DNA of 64,000 nucleotides from an uncultured Ruminococcus sp. (GTDB lineage Bacteria; Bacillota; Clostridia; Oscillospirales; CAG-272): NCBI GenBank assembly GCA_964384555.1, contig CAYLLA010000001.1, positions 6,286 to 70,285 of the forward strand, read 5' to 3'. Shown piece by piece: positions 55,631 to 64,000 of this stretch (position 1 is its first letter; each line of letters starts with the position of its first letter). The notes under the pieces were generated by a model. It saw only the letters and a program-made list of their open reading frames with translations, ran no database searches and was not told where the DNA came from. The position numbers and the translations under genes were made by a program.

Positions 55631-56479
55631 TCAGTTGAAAAAAAGATCACCAAACGAGCAATCCGAATATATCTTTGCGGCGGTGGTCGTCATGCGGCGG
55701 GAGGTGTCGCCAGCCTCTCTCGCCTCATACATTATCAGCGGGCGTGAGATATCAAGTGTCGGTGATCCGCCAAGCTTTGCCTCAACTATCACCGCCGAGG
55801 GGCGGGAGAAGGCATCCGGGTGGATCATTGTCATGCGCTTTGGTTCAAGCGACACGCCGCGCATTGCCGAAAAGAGGTCGGCCAGCCGCGAGGGGTGGAA
55901 AACGCAAACAAATATTCCGCCAAAATTTAAAAGCCGTGCGGCCGCGGCACAAAAATCGGCAATTCCGCCGCATACTTCGTGCCTTGCAATAAGGCGTTCC
56001 GCGGCTTCCGAACGATGACCTGTATCCGCACGCATGTAGGGCGGGTTTGAAAACACAACATCAAACCGCCCGCCAAGCTCCTCCGGGCGAATGCACCGCA
56101 CATCTCCCGCTTGGGGTCTAAAGATATCCGCAAGCCCGTTAAGCTCCGCGTTTCTCCGGGCAAGCTCGGCGTGCGCTGCTTGTATCTCTATTGCGCGGAT
56201 ATCACGAAATTTGCCGTGCGCCGCCGCCAGCAGAGATATGATCCCACTGCCGCAACCAAGCTCACAGGCGCGCCCGGGGGAGGGACGAAGGTAGGATGCC
56301 AAAAGATAGGAATCCGTCCCCCAGCGCAGTCCGCGATCCTTTTGGATAAGGGATATCCGCTCACCCACGCGGCAGATGCTCTCGCCATCGCGGCAAAGGC
56401 TCTCGGCACGGGCCGGGGCATCTTTATTTTTATCTATATCGTTATTTGAACCGTTAGTATTGCAGTTTATGTCTTTCAT
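55631..56479 (-). CDS. tRNA1(Val) (adenine37-N6)-methyltransferase-like (TrmN6/YfiC family)
   Basis: Start at ATG 56479. SAM motif ELGCGSGIISLL and catalytic NPPY (FSNPPYM). Confidence 0.75.
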   Translation of the reverse strand: MKDINCNTNGSNNDIDKNKDAPARAESLCRDGESICRVGERISLIQKDRGLRWGTDSYLLASYLRPSPGRACELGCGSGIISLLAAAHGKFRDIRAIEIQAAHAELARRNAELNGLADIFRPQAGDVRCIRPEELGGRFDVVFSNPPYMRADTGHRSEAAERLIARHEVCGGIADFCAAAARLLNFGGIFVCVFHPSRLADLFSAMRGVSLEPKRMTMIHPDAFSRPSAVIVEAKLGGSPTLDISRPLIMYEAREAGDTSRRMTTTAAKIYSDCSFGDLFFN

Positions 56480-56500
56480 AATAAAACAGATCCGAATAGT

Positions 56501-56541
56501 TAAAATAAAAGCAGGGCTGACGTGCCTTGGCACGTCAGCCC
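56501..56541 (-). terminator. intrinsic terminator after the ferredoxin gene
   Basis: gggctgacgtgcc (56514-56526) pairs with ggcacgtcagccc (56529-56541). A U-rich tail follows in the minus-strand sense. Confidence 0.8.
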
Positions 56542-56549
56542 CTGATGTC

Positions 56550-56720
56550 TTAGTCGGCCTTGGGAGCCTGTACAGGACATGCATCGGCGCATGCGCCGCA
56601 TTCAATGCACTTATCGGGATCGATAACGTACTTGCCATCACCCTCGGTGATAGCTTCAACGGGGCACTCGGCGGCGCAGGAGCCGCAGCTGATGCAATCG
56701 TCGCTGATCTTGTATGCCAT
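56550..56720 (-). CDS. fdx: 2x[4Fe-4S] clostridial-type ferredoxin (56 aa)
   Basis: Hand translation of the reverse complement gives MAYKISDDCISCGSCAAECPVEAITEGDGKYVIDPDKCIECGACADACPVQAPKAD*. It has two CxxCxxCxxxCP motifs and a GGAGGT RBS 8 nt upstream. It falls below the size cut-off of the ORF track. Confidence 0.93.
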   Translation of the reverse strand: MAYKISDDCISCGSCAAECPVEAITEGDGKYVIDPDKCIECGACADACPVQAPKAD

Positions 56721-56848
56721 AGCAGATTACCTCCATAAATTATAATATATATATTGTATCACAAATGCAGAGATATGCAAGTGCTTTTTTGAAAAAATAA
56801 TGTGAATCTATCGAAAAAGTTGATTTTTTTATCAGACAAGGCCCGTAA

Positions 56849-58462
56849 TCAGTCCTCCGGGATCACATCAGCATCGTCAGATGCATCGGATGTGTCGATT
56901 CGGCGCTGTCCGCGGGTGATAACTTTTACGCTGTCGCGGTGGTAAAGACGTGGCGGGTCGCCGGGCTTTTCGTCAAGGCGGACCTTCACCGTTCCCGCGA
57001 TCGGGCTGTTTTCGGTAACGATACCGCGGCCGTCCTCCGTTTCAACTATCGAGTCGATCGGCGGGGTCATGCGTATCTCGCGCTCGTATGTTTCATGCTC
57101 AAAGCGCAAGCAGCACATAAGCCTGCCGCAACAGCCGGAGATCTTTGAGGAGCTGAGGGAGAGCCCCTGCTCCTTGGCCATCCTTATAGACACTTGGTTA
57201 AAGTTCGGCAAAAAGCTGGAGCAGCAAAGCTTGCGCCCGCAAACGCCACAGCCGCCAAGCATTTTAGCCTCATCGCGAATGCCTATCTGCCGCAATTCTA
57301 TCCTTGTGCGAAATACTGCGGCAAGATCCTTTACCAGCTCGCGAAAATCAACGCGCCCCGCGGCGGTAAAGTAAAATATCAGCTTGGAATTATCAAATGT
57401 ATATCCCGCATCCACAAGCTTCATATCAAGCCCGCGGGCGGCTATCTTTTCGGCGCATATAACAAGGGCTTCCTTTTCGCGGCGATGGTTCTCCTCGTCG
57501 TGGCGGGTGTCCTCCTCTGTGGCGCGCCGCCCTATGGCACGCAGGGGTTGAACTATATCCTCGGTCGGCACAAAGGTGTTGCCCATGCTTATCTCGCCGT
57601 ATTCCATGCCGCGAGCAGTTTCCACTATCGCATGGTCACCGCGCCGGAATTTATCCGCGCCCGGTGCAAAGTAATAGGATTTACCCGAGCTTTCAAATTT
57701 AACTCCCACCACCTCGGTCTTGCCGTCACCGGGCGTGTGTGCGTGAGATACGGATGGCACACCCTTGTGTGAGGGAAGCATGCACTCGGGCAGGATCTCC
57801 TCATCCGGGATCTTAAAGGCATCGGGCATGGCGGCAATATCGCCGTAATCATCCTCCTCCGTGCTGATCAGCACAGGCTGGCGGGAATTACCGGTAAGGG
57901 ATATATCCGCAAAATTGTCGCCAAAGGGGTCTTTTTGCAGCGTATCGCGGCGAGCGCGGCTGTCATTTGACTCTGCACGGTCGCGGCGAGCATTGCCCGC
58001 CTGCTTTTGCGCACGTCGTGAGCTGTCGCGGCTCTCCGTACCGGCGCCTGTATTATTGGTGTTGGTATCGGAGCTTGCATTTGCGCCGTTTTTATCATTA
58101 CCGCCGTTGTCGGTATCGACTTTTGCGGCGCGGCGTTGCTGCTTTTGCCCGCCGTTGTTGCCGGTGCGGCGGCCGCCGCCGTTATTGCCGTTTCCGCCGG
58201 CGGCGTTTTTGCCGCCATCCGCGTTGGCCTTGGCAGGCTGGTTCTTTTGCCGCCCGTCGGCAGGACGGGGGGCGGCAGTTGCATCCTGAGTGGCGGTTTC
58301 CGCGGCGTTCGGCTTTTTCTCCGAGCGTGCATTGCCGCCGTGGTGGCGTTGCGATTTTCCGCCGCGCCGCTGGCGCCTTGCCTTGTTTTTATCCTCCGCG
58401 GCGGGAGCGCCTGCGGTGGCTTGCGTTACCTTGACATTTTGTTCGTCCATCTTTTTATCCAT
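56849..58462 (-). CDS. yaaT: PSP1-domain protein YaaT/RicT with a low-complexity N-terminal extension of about 250 aa
   Basis: The C-terminal 287 aa match the YaaT pattern (VVGVKF...GKSYYF...VETARGMEYGEI..., Cys cluster CGRKLCC...CCGRLMCCLRFE). It lies immediately downstream of holB, as in other Firmicutes. The N-terminal part is rich in R/G/N/K/A/D. Confidence 0.85.
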   Translation of the reverse strand: MDKKMDEQNVKVTQATAGAPAAEDKNKARRQRRGGKSQRHHGGNARSEKKPNAAETATQDATAAPRPADGRQKNQPAKANADGGKNAAGGNGNNGGGRRTGNNGGQKQQRRAAKVDTDNGGNDKNGANASSDTNTNNTGAGTESRDSSRRAQKQAGNARRDRAESNDSRARRDTLQKDPFGDNFADISLTGNSRQPVLISTEEDDYGDIAAMPDAFKIPDEEILPECMLPSHKGVPSVSHAHTPGDGKTEVVGVKFESSGKSYYFAPGADKFRRGDHAIVETARGMEYGEISMGNTFVPTEDIVQPLRAIGRRATEEDTRHDEENHRREKEALVICAEKIAARGLDMKLVDAGYTFDNSKLIFYFTAAGRVDFRELVKDLAAVFRTRIELRQIGIRDEAKMLGGCGVCGRKLCCSSFLPNFNQVSIRMAKEQGLSLSSSKISGCCGRLMCCLRFEHETYEREIRMTPPIDSIVETEDGRGIVTENSPIAGTVKVRLDEKPGDPPRLYHRDSVKVITRGQRRIDTSDASDDADVIPED

Positions 58463-58531
58463 TTATCCATTCTGTGATATCGGCTGTGTGAGAGGGGATA
58501 TCGTTAATTAAAATACCGTTTTCGGTACTCG

Positions 58532-59686
58532 TTATTGCCTTTGTGTGCGACGGTCACAGGCTGCGCTTATAAGCTCAAATACCGTCAGCTTTGTGTTTGC
58601 GTTTTGCGCAAGCGCTACCCTTGCCGCCTCGACAGCATCATACAGCGATACGAGCCTTGATAGGGTAAACTGCCCACAAAGCTCCTCGGCGCGGTCGCGG
58701 TCGGCAAAAAAACGCAGGGGTGCATCCTCGCTCTTTTTCTTTAGCGCCAGATCGCGCAGTGCCAGTGAGATATCATCCATAAGCTTTGCCGCTTCATCGC
58801 GCTTGCCGCTTGAGTAGGGGTTGAGCAGGGTGACGAGCTCCGCGGCGCGTCCTGTTTGCGTTACCCGCTCGCAAAAGCTTTCGGCTGTGTGGCGGCGGGA
58901 GAGTACTCCCTCGCGCTCACGTCCGCCTATCAGCTCTATCGCACGCCCCGCACTGCCATCGGATGCCATTACAAGATCCAAAAATGCATTCGGGTCGCTG
59001 TCGTAGAGCCGCGCGGCCTCGGGTGAGCTTTGGCGCACTATCTCGGTAATGTCGGCGGGGGTGAGCGGTTGAGTCCTCAGTGACGGTGCGCGTGAGCGTA
59101 TCGTCTCAAGCATGTTGCGTGAGCTTTTGGCAATAAGCAGGAATATTGCATAGGCAGGCGGCTCTTCAAGCGTTAAAAGCAAAGCGTTTTGCGCTTGAGC
59201 CGTCATTTTGTCGGCATCGTCTATGATGTATATCTTGTGTTCAAGCTCGTTGGGAATGATGTGTACATCGGTGCGCAGCTCGCGTATCACATCAACGCCG
59301 ATGCCCGCCTTGCCGTCCTCACGGGATACCGTTATCACATCGGGTGAGATGCCCGCAAATATCTTGCGGCATGCCTCGCATTCCCCGCATGGGAAGGTAT
59401 GCTCCGCCGTCGGGTGCGAAACCGCCTGTGGTATCGGCAGTGACATTTGCATTTGTGCCGCGCCGTCCTCTGCCGCGGGTGAATGTACGCAGGAAACCGC
59501 CGCGGCAATGTTTTTTGCCAAGGTCTTGCGCCCGCTGCCGGGGCGACCCTCAATTATATATGCGTGGGCAAGCCCGCCGGCGGTAATATCGCGCCAAAGC
59601 CGCTCGCAAAGCGCACGGTTGCCGCGAATCTTTGGAAATATTTTTGCGCTCTCCACATCCTGCCGCCTTTCATTATTTTCATCCAC
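58532..59686 (-). CDS. holB: DNA polymerase III subunit delta'
   Basis: AAA+ clamp-loader pattern HAYIIEGRPGSGRKTLA and Zn-module CGECEACRKI. The true start is probably the GTG at 59656 (VESAKIF..., with GAAAGG upstream), because the -10 box ends only 5 nt from the track start at 59686. Confidence 0.85.
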   Translation of the reverse strand: MDENNERRQDVESAKIFPKIRGNRALCERLWRDITAGGLAHAYIIEGRPGSGRKTLAKNIAAAVSCVHSPAAEDGAAQMQMSLPIPQAVSHPTAEHTFPCGECEACRKIFAGISPDVITVSREDGKAGIGVDVIRELRTDVHIIPNELEHKIYIIDDADKMTAQAQNALLLTLEEPPAYAIFLLIAKSSRNMLETIRSRAPSLRTQPLTPADITEIVRQSSPEAARLYDSDPNAFLDLVMASDGSAGRAIELIGGREREGVLSRRHTAESFCERVTQTGRAAELVTLLNPYSSGKRDEAAKLMDDISLALRDLALKKKSEDAPLRFFADRDRAEELCGQFTLSRLVSLYDAVEAARVALAQNANTKLTVFELISAACDRRTQRQ

Positions 59687-59691
59687 CTTAT

Positions 59692-59720
59692 ATTATATCA
59701 TTAATGCGCAAAAAAGTCAA
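59692..59720 (-). promoter_or_regulatory. promoter of holB-yaaT
   Basis: Minus-strand sense: TTGACT (59715-59720), 17-nt spacer, TATAAT (59692-59697) with TGa. Confidence 0.6.
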
Positions 59721-59752
59721 CATTTCATTCAAGGCATTGTACCGATCCAAGC

Positions 59753-59787
59753 AAAAAACGCAGGACATTCCGCCCTGCGCATTTTTT
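59753..59787. terminator. short bidirectional stem-loop after rpe
   Basis: cgcagg (59759-59764) pairs with cctgcg (59774-59779), flanked by A6 and T6. Confidence 0.5.
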
Positions 59788-59878
59788 GCATTTATTTGTT
59801 TTTTGCGATATTATATTTCGGAATGTCGCGGATGCTCAAAAGCTCCGCGCATTGCACCTCATTTGCCGTGGCGATTTA

Positions 59879-60565
59879 TCACCCAACGAACGGCGCATCC
59901 TTGGCCGCCGCGCGCATGGCAAGCATCACCTGTCGCGGCCGCGGTGAGCCGAAAATGGCAGATCCGGCAACCACAACATTGGCACCGGCAGATGTGACTG
60001 CGGCGGTGTTGTCCGCGGATATCCCGCCGTCAACCTCAATATCGGTATCCAGTCCCAGCTCCTCTATCCTGCGCCGCAAAAGCGTGACCTTCTCAAGCGT
60101 TTCGGGTATCAGCTTTTGGCCGCCAAAGCCGGGGTAGACCGTCATCACCAGTACCATATCAAGCTTTGAAAGATAGGGATATACCGCCTCGACGGGTGTA
60201 TCCGGCGATATTGCCATAGAGGCATGCACATTTGCATCTTTTATGCGATATATGAGCGGCAGTGGATCCTCCACCGCCTCGCGGTGAAAGGTGATAACAT
60301 CCGCCCCCGCGCCAATAAACCGGTCAAGATATTTCGCGGGGTCGCTTATCATCAGGTGAAGATCGAATATCAGCTTGCTGTGCGGGCGCAGTGCCGCGGC
60401 AAGATCCGGGCCAAAGCTTATATTGGGCACAAAATGCCCATCCATTATATCCAGGTGCAAAAAGTCCGCGCCCGCTTCCTCTATGCGGCGCACCGATGCA
60501 CCGAGATCGGAATAATCTGCGGCAAGGAGAGAGGGGGAGATATAAAACTTTTTTTGTTCTGTCAT
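59879..60565 (-). CDS. rpe: ribulose-phosphate 3-epimerase
   Basis: Start at ATG 60565 (MTEQKKFYISPSLLAADYSDLG). Motifs HLDIMDGHFVPN, DLHLM, VMTV.PGFGGQ and EVDGGI. Confidence 0.93.
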   Translation of the reverse strand: MTEQKKFYISPSLLAADYSDLGASVRRIEEAGADFLHLDIMDGHFVPNISFGPDLAAALRPHSKLIFDLHLMISDPAKYLDRFIGAGADVITFHREAVEDPLPLIYRIKDANVHASMAISPDTPVEAVYPYLSKLDMVLVMTVYPGFGGQKLIPETLEKVTLLRRRIEELGLDTDIEVDGGISADNTAAVTSAGANVVVAGSAIFGSPRPRQVMLAMRAAAKDAPFVG

Positions 60566-60843
60566 TTTTATCACCAAGACCCTCGCGCGGCGAGGGCTTT
60601 CATTGCTTTTTTTGCTTTTATGTTTTTGATTGGCTGTTTGCAAGGCGGCATTTTGAGTGTCGTATCGACCGCCGCCTGAATATGCTGTGCATGAGAGGGT
60701 GCGATGCGGTGGCGGAAAGGATGCAAAAAACGCTGTGCGGGGGAAGTGTGGGGAATGTATCCGTCCTCAATTCGCTTTTTTACGGCGCAGGCGGCTGTGT
60801 TCCGCCTGTGCCGACAGGCAACTTGTTTTTTGTTTTTGAAAAC

Positions 60844-61317
60844 TCAGATCCTTTCGATAAGGCAGACCGCGTGGGCGGCAATGCCGTCCCCCGAGCCTGT
60901 AAAGCCCAGCCCCTCTTCGGTGGTCGCCTTTACGCTGACGCGAGAGCTGTCAATGCCCAAGGCCGCGGCAAGGTTTTGCCGCATCAGGGGAATGTGCGGC
61001 GCAAGCTTGGGCTTTTGTGCTAACACGGTGGCATCTATATTTTCTATTCGCCAACCGTCGGATGCAAGTATCCTTGCCACCTCGGCGGCAAGGCGCAGGC
61101 TGTCCGCCCCCCGATATCTTTCGTCGGTGTCAGGAAAATGCCCGCCAATATCTCCAAGCGCCGCCGCGCCGAGCAGGGCATCCATTACCGCGTGTGTCAG
61201 CACATCGGCATCGGAGTGTCCAAGCAGTCCCAGGGGATACTCGATCCGCACCCCGCCAAGTATCAGCTCGCGCCCGGGTGTCAGACGGTGTACATCATAG
61301 CCGTGTCCTATCCTCAT
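60844..61317 (-). CDS. ispF: 2-C-methyl-D-erythritol 2,4-cyclodiphosphate synthase
   Basis: Start at ATG 61317 ([12 protein letters not shown]...[19 protein letters not shown]). It forms an ATGA overlap with the ispD stop (61314-61317). Confidence 0.93.
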   Translation of the reverse strand: MRIGHGYDVHRLTPGRELILGGVRIEYPLGLLGHSDADVLTHAVMDALLGAAALGDIGGHFPDTDERYRGADSLRLAAEVARILASDGWRIENIDATVLAQKPKLAPHIPLMRQNLAAALGIDSSRVSVKATTEEGLGFTGSGDGIAAHAVCLIERI

Positions 61318-62138
61318 CCTCGGTCGCCTCCGCTTTCTTTTTTGTCTTTTGTGTCTGCCACCTCGGCGCACTCCGCTCGGCGGCGTTCGGTCATTATCGC
61401 CTCGGCAATGGGAAGATCCATGGCCGACGTGATCTTGAGATTCTCCCGCCCGCAATCAACAAGCTTTATGCGGCGGTCTATCCGCTCGACCAGTGAATTA
61501 TCATCGGTGGCGACAAAGCCGTCCTTTTGCGCAGTGTACGCGGCGGCACGGTAAAGATCTGCCATAAAGACCTGCGGGGTCGATGCCTGCCACGCGGTGG
61601 AGCGCTCAACGGTAGATCCGATAAATCCCTTTTTGTCCGCTGTTTTTATCGTGTCAACAGCAGGGGTCGCCGCGGTCGCCGCTCCGTATCTGTAGGCAGC
61701 AAGACAGACCGAGCGTATCATTTCCGGGGTGGTCAAAGGCCTTGCGGCATCGGCAATGGCGAAGTACGCGGTGTTTTCCGCTGCGGCTTCAATACCGCAC
61801 AAAACGGATTCTTGGCGGCTCGCGCCTCCAACAACGATACTGTAGGGTTTTGAGAACCCAAACTTTTCGCGGTAATTTTCGTATATCGGCTCATCTCCCG
61901 CACGCACTACCAAAATGATATCGTCAATGCATTCGCAATCGTCATATGCGCGCCATGTCATGGCGACTATCGGCATGCCGCAAAGCGGCAAAAATTGCTT
62001 AGGCGTTTCACCGCCCATGCGAGTGGAAGAGCCGGCGGCAACTATCACGGCGGTGGTGCGGCGGTTTTTAACTATCCCGCCCACCGTGCGCAAAAAATCC
62101 GCCAGCGAGTCCGCTTTTTTTCTGTCGGTCGAATTCAT
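61314..62138 (-). CDS. ispD: 2-C-methyl-D-erythritol 4-phosphate cytidylyltransferase (with short charged C-terminal tail)
   Basis: [13 protein letters not shown]...PKQFL P-loop-like motif and the IspD core. It overlaps rpiB by 4 nt. Confidence 0.9.
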   Translation of the reverse strand: MNSTDRKKADSLADFLRTVGGIVKNRRTTAVIVAAGSSTRMGGETPKQFLPLCGMPIVAMTWRAYDDCECIDDIILVVRAGDEPIYENYREKFGFSKPYSIVVGGASRQESVLCGIEAAAENTAYFAIADAARPLTTPEMIRSVCLAAYRYGAATAATPAVDTIKTADKKGFIGSTVERSTAWQASTPQVFMADLYRAAAYTAQKDGFVATDDNSLVERIDRRIKLVDCGRENLKITSAMDLPIAEAIMTERRRAECAEVADTKDKKESGGDRG

Positions 62139-62623
62139 AACTCGTATTTTTTGCTGTCGTAGCTGCCGTCCTCAAGCTCGCTTATCATGCGCAAACGGCG
62201 AATATGCCGTTCCTCTGTCAGCGGCTCGTTGGCAAGAAAAATGTCGGTAAGCTCGGCTATCTTTTGGTCGTCAAGCACTCTGGCTCCCATGCACAGCACG
62301 TTTGCGGCATTGTGCTTGCGGGTCATCTCGGTGGAAAAAGGATCCGAGCACACTGCGGCGCGTATGCCGCGGTGCTTGTTTGCGGCTATCGAAACGCCAA
62401 TGCCCGTGCCGCATATAAGAATGCCGAGGGGGAACTCACCCGACTGTATCCTTTGACAGAGCGAGTGTACCGGAATGGGGTAATCACAGCTCTCGTCCGA
62501 AAAACAGCCAACATCGGTAACGGTGTAGCCGTCGCGGCCAAGCTTCTCGATAAGCTTTAGCTTTGCGTGATATCCTGCATGGTCACAGCCTATTATAATC
62601 TTTTTTGCGTTGTTTTCGTTCAT
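62135..62623 (-). CDS. rpiB: ribose-5-phosphate isomerase B
   Basis: 162 aa. IIIGCDHAGY, ILICGTGIGVSIAANK and ARVL patterns of the RpiB/LacAB family. Confidence 0.9.
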   Translation of the reverse strand: MNENNAKKIIIGCDHAGYHAKLKLIEKLGRDGYTVTDVGCFSDESCDYPIPVHSLCQRIQSGEFPLGILICGTGIGVSIAANKHRGIRAAVCSDPFSTEMTRKHNAANVLCMGARVLDDQKIAELTDIFLANEPLTEERHIRRLRMISELEDGSYDSKKYEL

Positions 62624-62724
62624 GATCCTGATCCTGCCTCTTTGTTTTTGTTTTTGCTTTTTTGATTTGATGATGAATCAAATAATTGAGTGTCGAATAT
62701 AGTTGATAGTAACGGATAGCGACA

Positions 62725-63483
62725 TCATGCGCGATCCGCCGCACCTGACAAAGCCTCCTGCGCGCGCCGCGCTTCTTCTGCCGCCAAGCGCTCGGCGCGC
62801 TCGCGCTCCGCTTGAGAGAGCCTGAGATATGTCGGGGTCAAGGTTGCGGCATCCGAATATTCGCCGCGCTCGTATTGTGCCATTGCCGCGGCTGCGACCG
62901 AATATGCCGATTGATATCTGAGCCTCACCGGCGTATCGTAAATATGTCCGCTCGGCATACGCGCGGCAACAAGATCGTAGCCGTCGCCGCAGATCCATAC
63001 GCGATGCCCAAGGGCAAGTATCTCCCCCTCAAGCTCCTCGTAGGCTATGGCGCGGTCGGGAGTCAAGCGGCAAAGCTCGCCTTCGCGGCGCACAAATGTT
63101 GCGGTGTACAGCTGCCCGCGCCGTGCATCCATGCAGGGGATGATGTACTTTTCATCCTCGCCATCGTCAAAGTTTAGGTTCATTGCCAGCGCATGCAGGG
63201 TGGATACTCCGCATACCGGTCTTTCTGTACCAAACGCCAGCCCTTTTATGGTGGCGGCGCCTATCCTTACCCCGGTAAAAGACCCGGGACCCGCCGAGCA
63301 GGCAAAAAGCTCAACATCATGCGGCTTCATACCAAAGGCATCAAGTATGCTCTTTACCATCGTCAAAAGCGTTTCGCTGTGAGTGTTACCGTTGTTAAGC
63401 GTGTACTCCGCCAGCAGCTTGTCTTTATCGCAAAGCGCAGCCGTGGCTACCTTTGCCGTGCTGTCAACAGCTAATATCTTCAT
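62725..63483 (-). CDS. tsaB: tRNA t6A biosynthesis protein TsaB (YeaZ) with Ala/Arg/Glu-rich C-terminal tail
   Basis: MKILAVDSTAKVATAAL..., GPGSFTGVRIGAATIKGLA. Confidence 0.88.
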   Translation of the reverse strand: MKILAVDSTAKVATAALCDKDKLLAEYTLNNGNTHSETLLTMVKSILDAFGMKPHDVELFACSAGPGSFTGVRIGAATIKGLAFGTERPVCGVSTLHALAMNLNFDDGEDEKYIIPCMDARRGQLYTATFVRREGELCRLTPDRAIAYEELEGEILALGHRVWICGDGYDLVAARMPSGHIYDTPVRLRYQSAYSVAAAAMAQYERGEYSDAATLTPTYLRLSQAERERAERLAAEEARRAQEALSGAADRA

Positions 63484-63536
63484 TTTGACCTTAAGATCTC
63501 CTTAAAAACGTTTTATGAGGTCGTTTGCCATTTAGC

Positions 63537-64000
63537 TCAGTCCCGCCCGCATACGGTCGCCACGACCCGGCGGTCGCCCTCGGCCGCGGTCTTTGAAATA
63601 TCAACGCGCAGATGCCGCTCGGGAATGGCCCAGGGAATATTCTCGCACCACTCGGCAAGGCAAAAGCCGCCGCGAGCCTCGTAATCGTAAAAGCCGATCG
63701 AGTATAGCTCATCATCGTCGGTTATTCGGTACATATCAAAGTGAAAGACCGGGCGCTCGCCGTGCCTGTATTCGTTTACCAGCGCAAAGGTGGGGGAGCG
63801 CACTGCCGACCCCGGGGATGCAACACTGCAAAAGCCGCGCACAAAGGCGGTCTTGCCAACGCCGAGGTCGCCGTAAAGAGCCACAAAACGCGGGAGCGCT
63901 TTGTCACTTGCGAAATCATCGGGTTTTTCGGATTTTTCTGGGGTGGCCAGCATCTCGGCAAGCTTGGCGCCAAGTGCCTCCGTCTCCTCCGGCGAGTGAG
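63537..64000 (-). CDS. tsaE: tRNA t6A biosynthesis ATPase TsaE (YjeE), 5' end beyond window
   Basis: Walker A GDLGVGKT and PTFALVNEY. The frame stays open upstream of the Met at 63953 (..HSPEETEALGAKLAEMLAT) to the window edge, so the real start lies outside the window. Confidence 0.85.
   Translation of the reverse strand, partial: HSPEETEALGAKLAEMLATPEKSEKPDDFASDKALPRFVALYGDLGVGKTAFVRGFCSVASPGSAVRSPTFALVNEYRHGERPVFHFDMYRITDDDELYSIGFYDYEARGGFCLAEWCENIPWAIPERHLRVDISKTAAEGDRRVVATVCGRD

Noticed and set aside
60566-60843. The 278-nt region upstream of rpe as a possible riboswitch or sRNA.
   Set aside because: It contains only generic hairpins (ccctcgccgcgcgaggg, ggcgcaggcgg...ccgcctgtgcc). I could recognise no conserved riboswitch core sequence. 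It probably holds the ispF terminator and the rpe promoter.

Overview
Both strands of a high-GC Firmicutes chromosome, Clostridia/Oscillospirales-like by gene content and promoter style. No database search was possible, so product calls rest on motifs read in the supplied translations and in the DNA.

Most of the window is housekeeping:
- valS behind a T-box leader, and tRNA-Thr(GGU)
- glycerate kinase
- addAB
- htrA
- hom, pepF, an alkaline phosphatase lipoprotein
- gap, asnA, ttcA
- a clostridial ferredoxin that is missing from the ORF track
- holB-yaaT
- rpe, ispDF, rpiB, tsaBE

Mixed in are cell-envelope and accessory genes:
- three MacB/FtsX-type ABC systems
- two OmpR/histidine-kinase pairs
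- two tandem class B sortases
- CpsB/CapA-like genes
- a GT2 glycosyltransferase
- a lectin/Big_2/cysteine-peptidase secreted protein

The main candidate for something new is an AT-rich block of about 4.9 kb (about 42300-47230) between gap and a peptide-sensing-type two-component/ABC module. It has its own near-consensus promoter. It encodes two secreted or membrane-anchored proteins I cannot assign to any family, followed by a hairpin-less membrane-fusion protein and a MacB-type ATPase/permease pair. No mobility genes are present.

Other items worth follow-up:
- an Sfp-type phosphopantetheinyl transferase fused to a TagA/WecG glycosyltransferase
- a one-base frameshift in gap and an in-frame TAA at codon 9 of asnA, which bracket the accessory block
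- an identical 14-mer in the promoter spacers of valS and asnA
- TGTCAC direct repeats over the -35 position of the second ABC operon
- a roughly 250-aa Arg/Gly/Asn-rich N-terminal extension on YaaT/RicT

Many long ORFs in the track are antisense shadow ORFs typical of high-GC DNA and are not reported as features.
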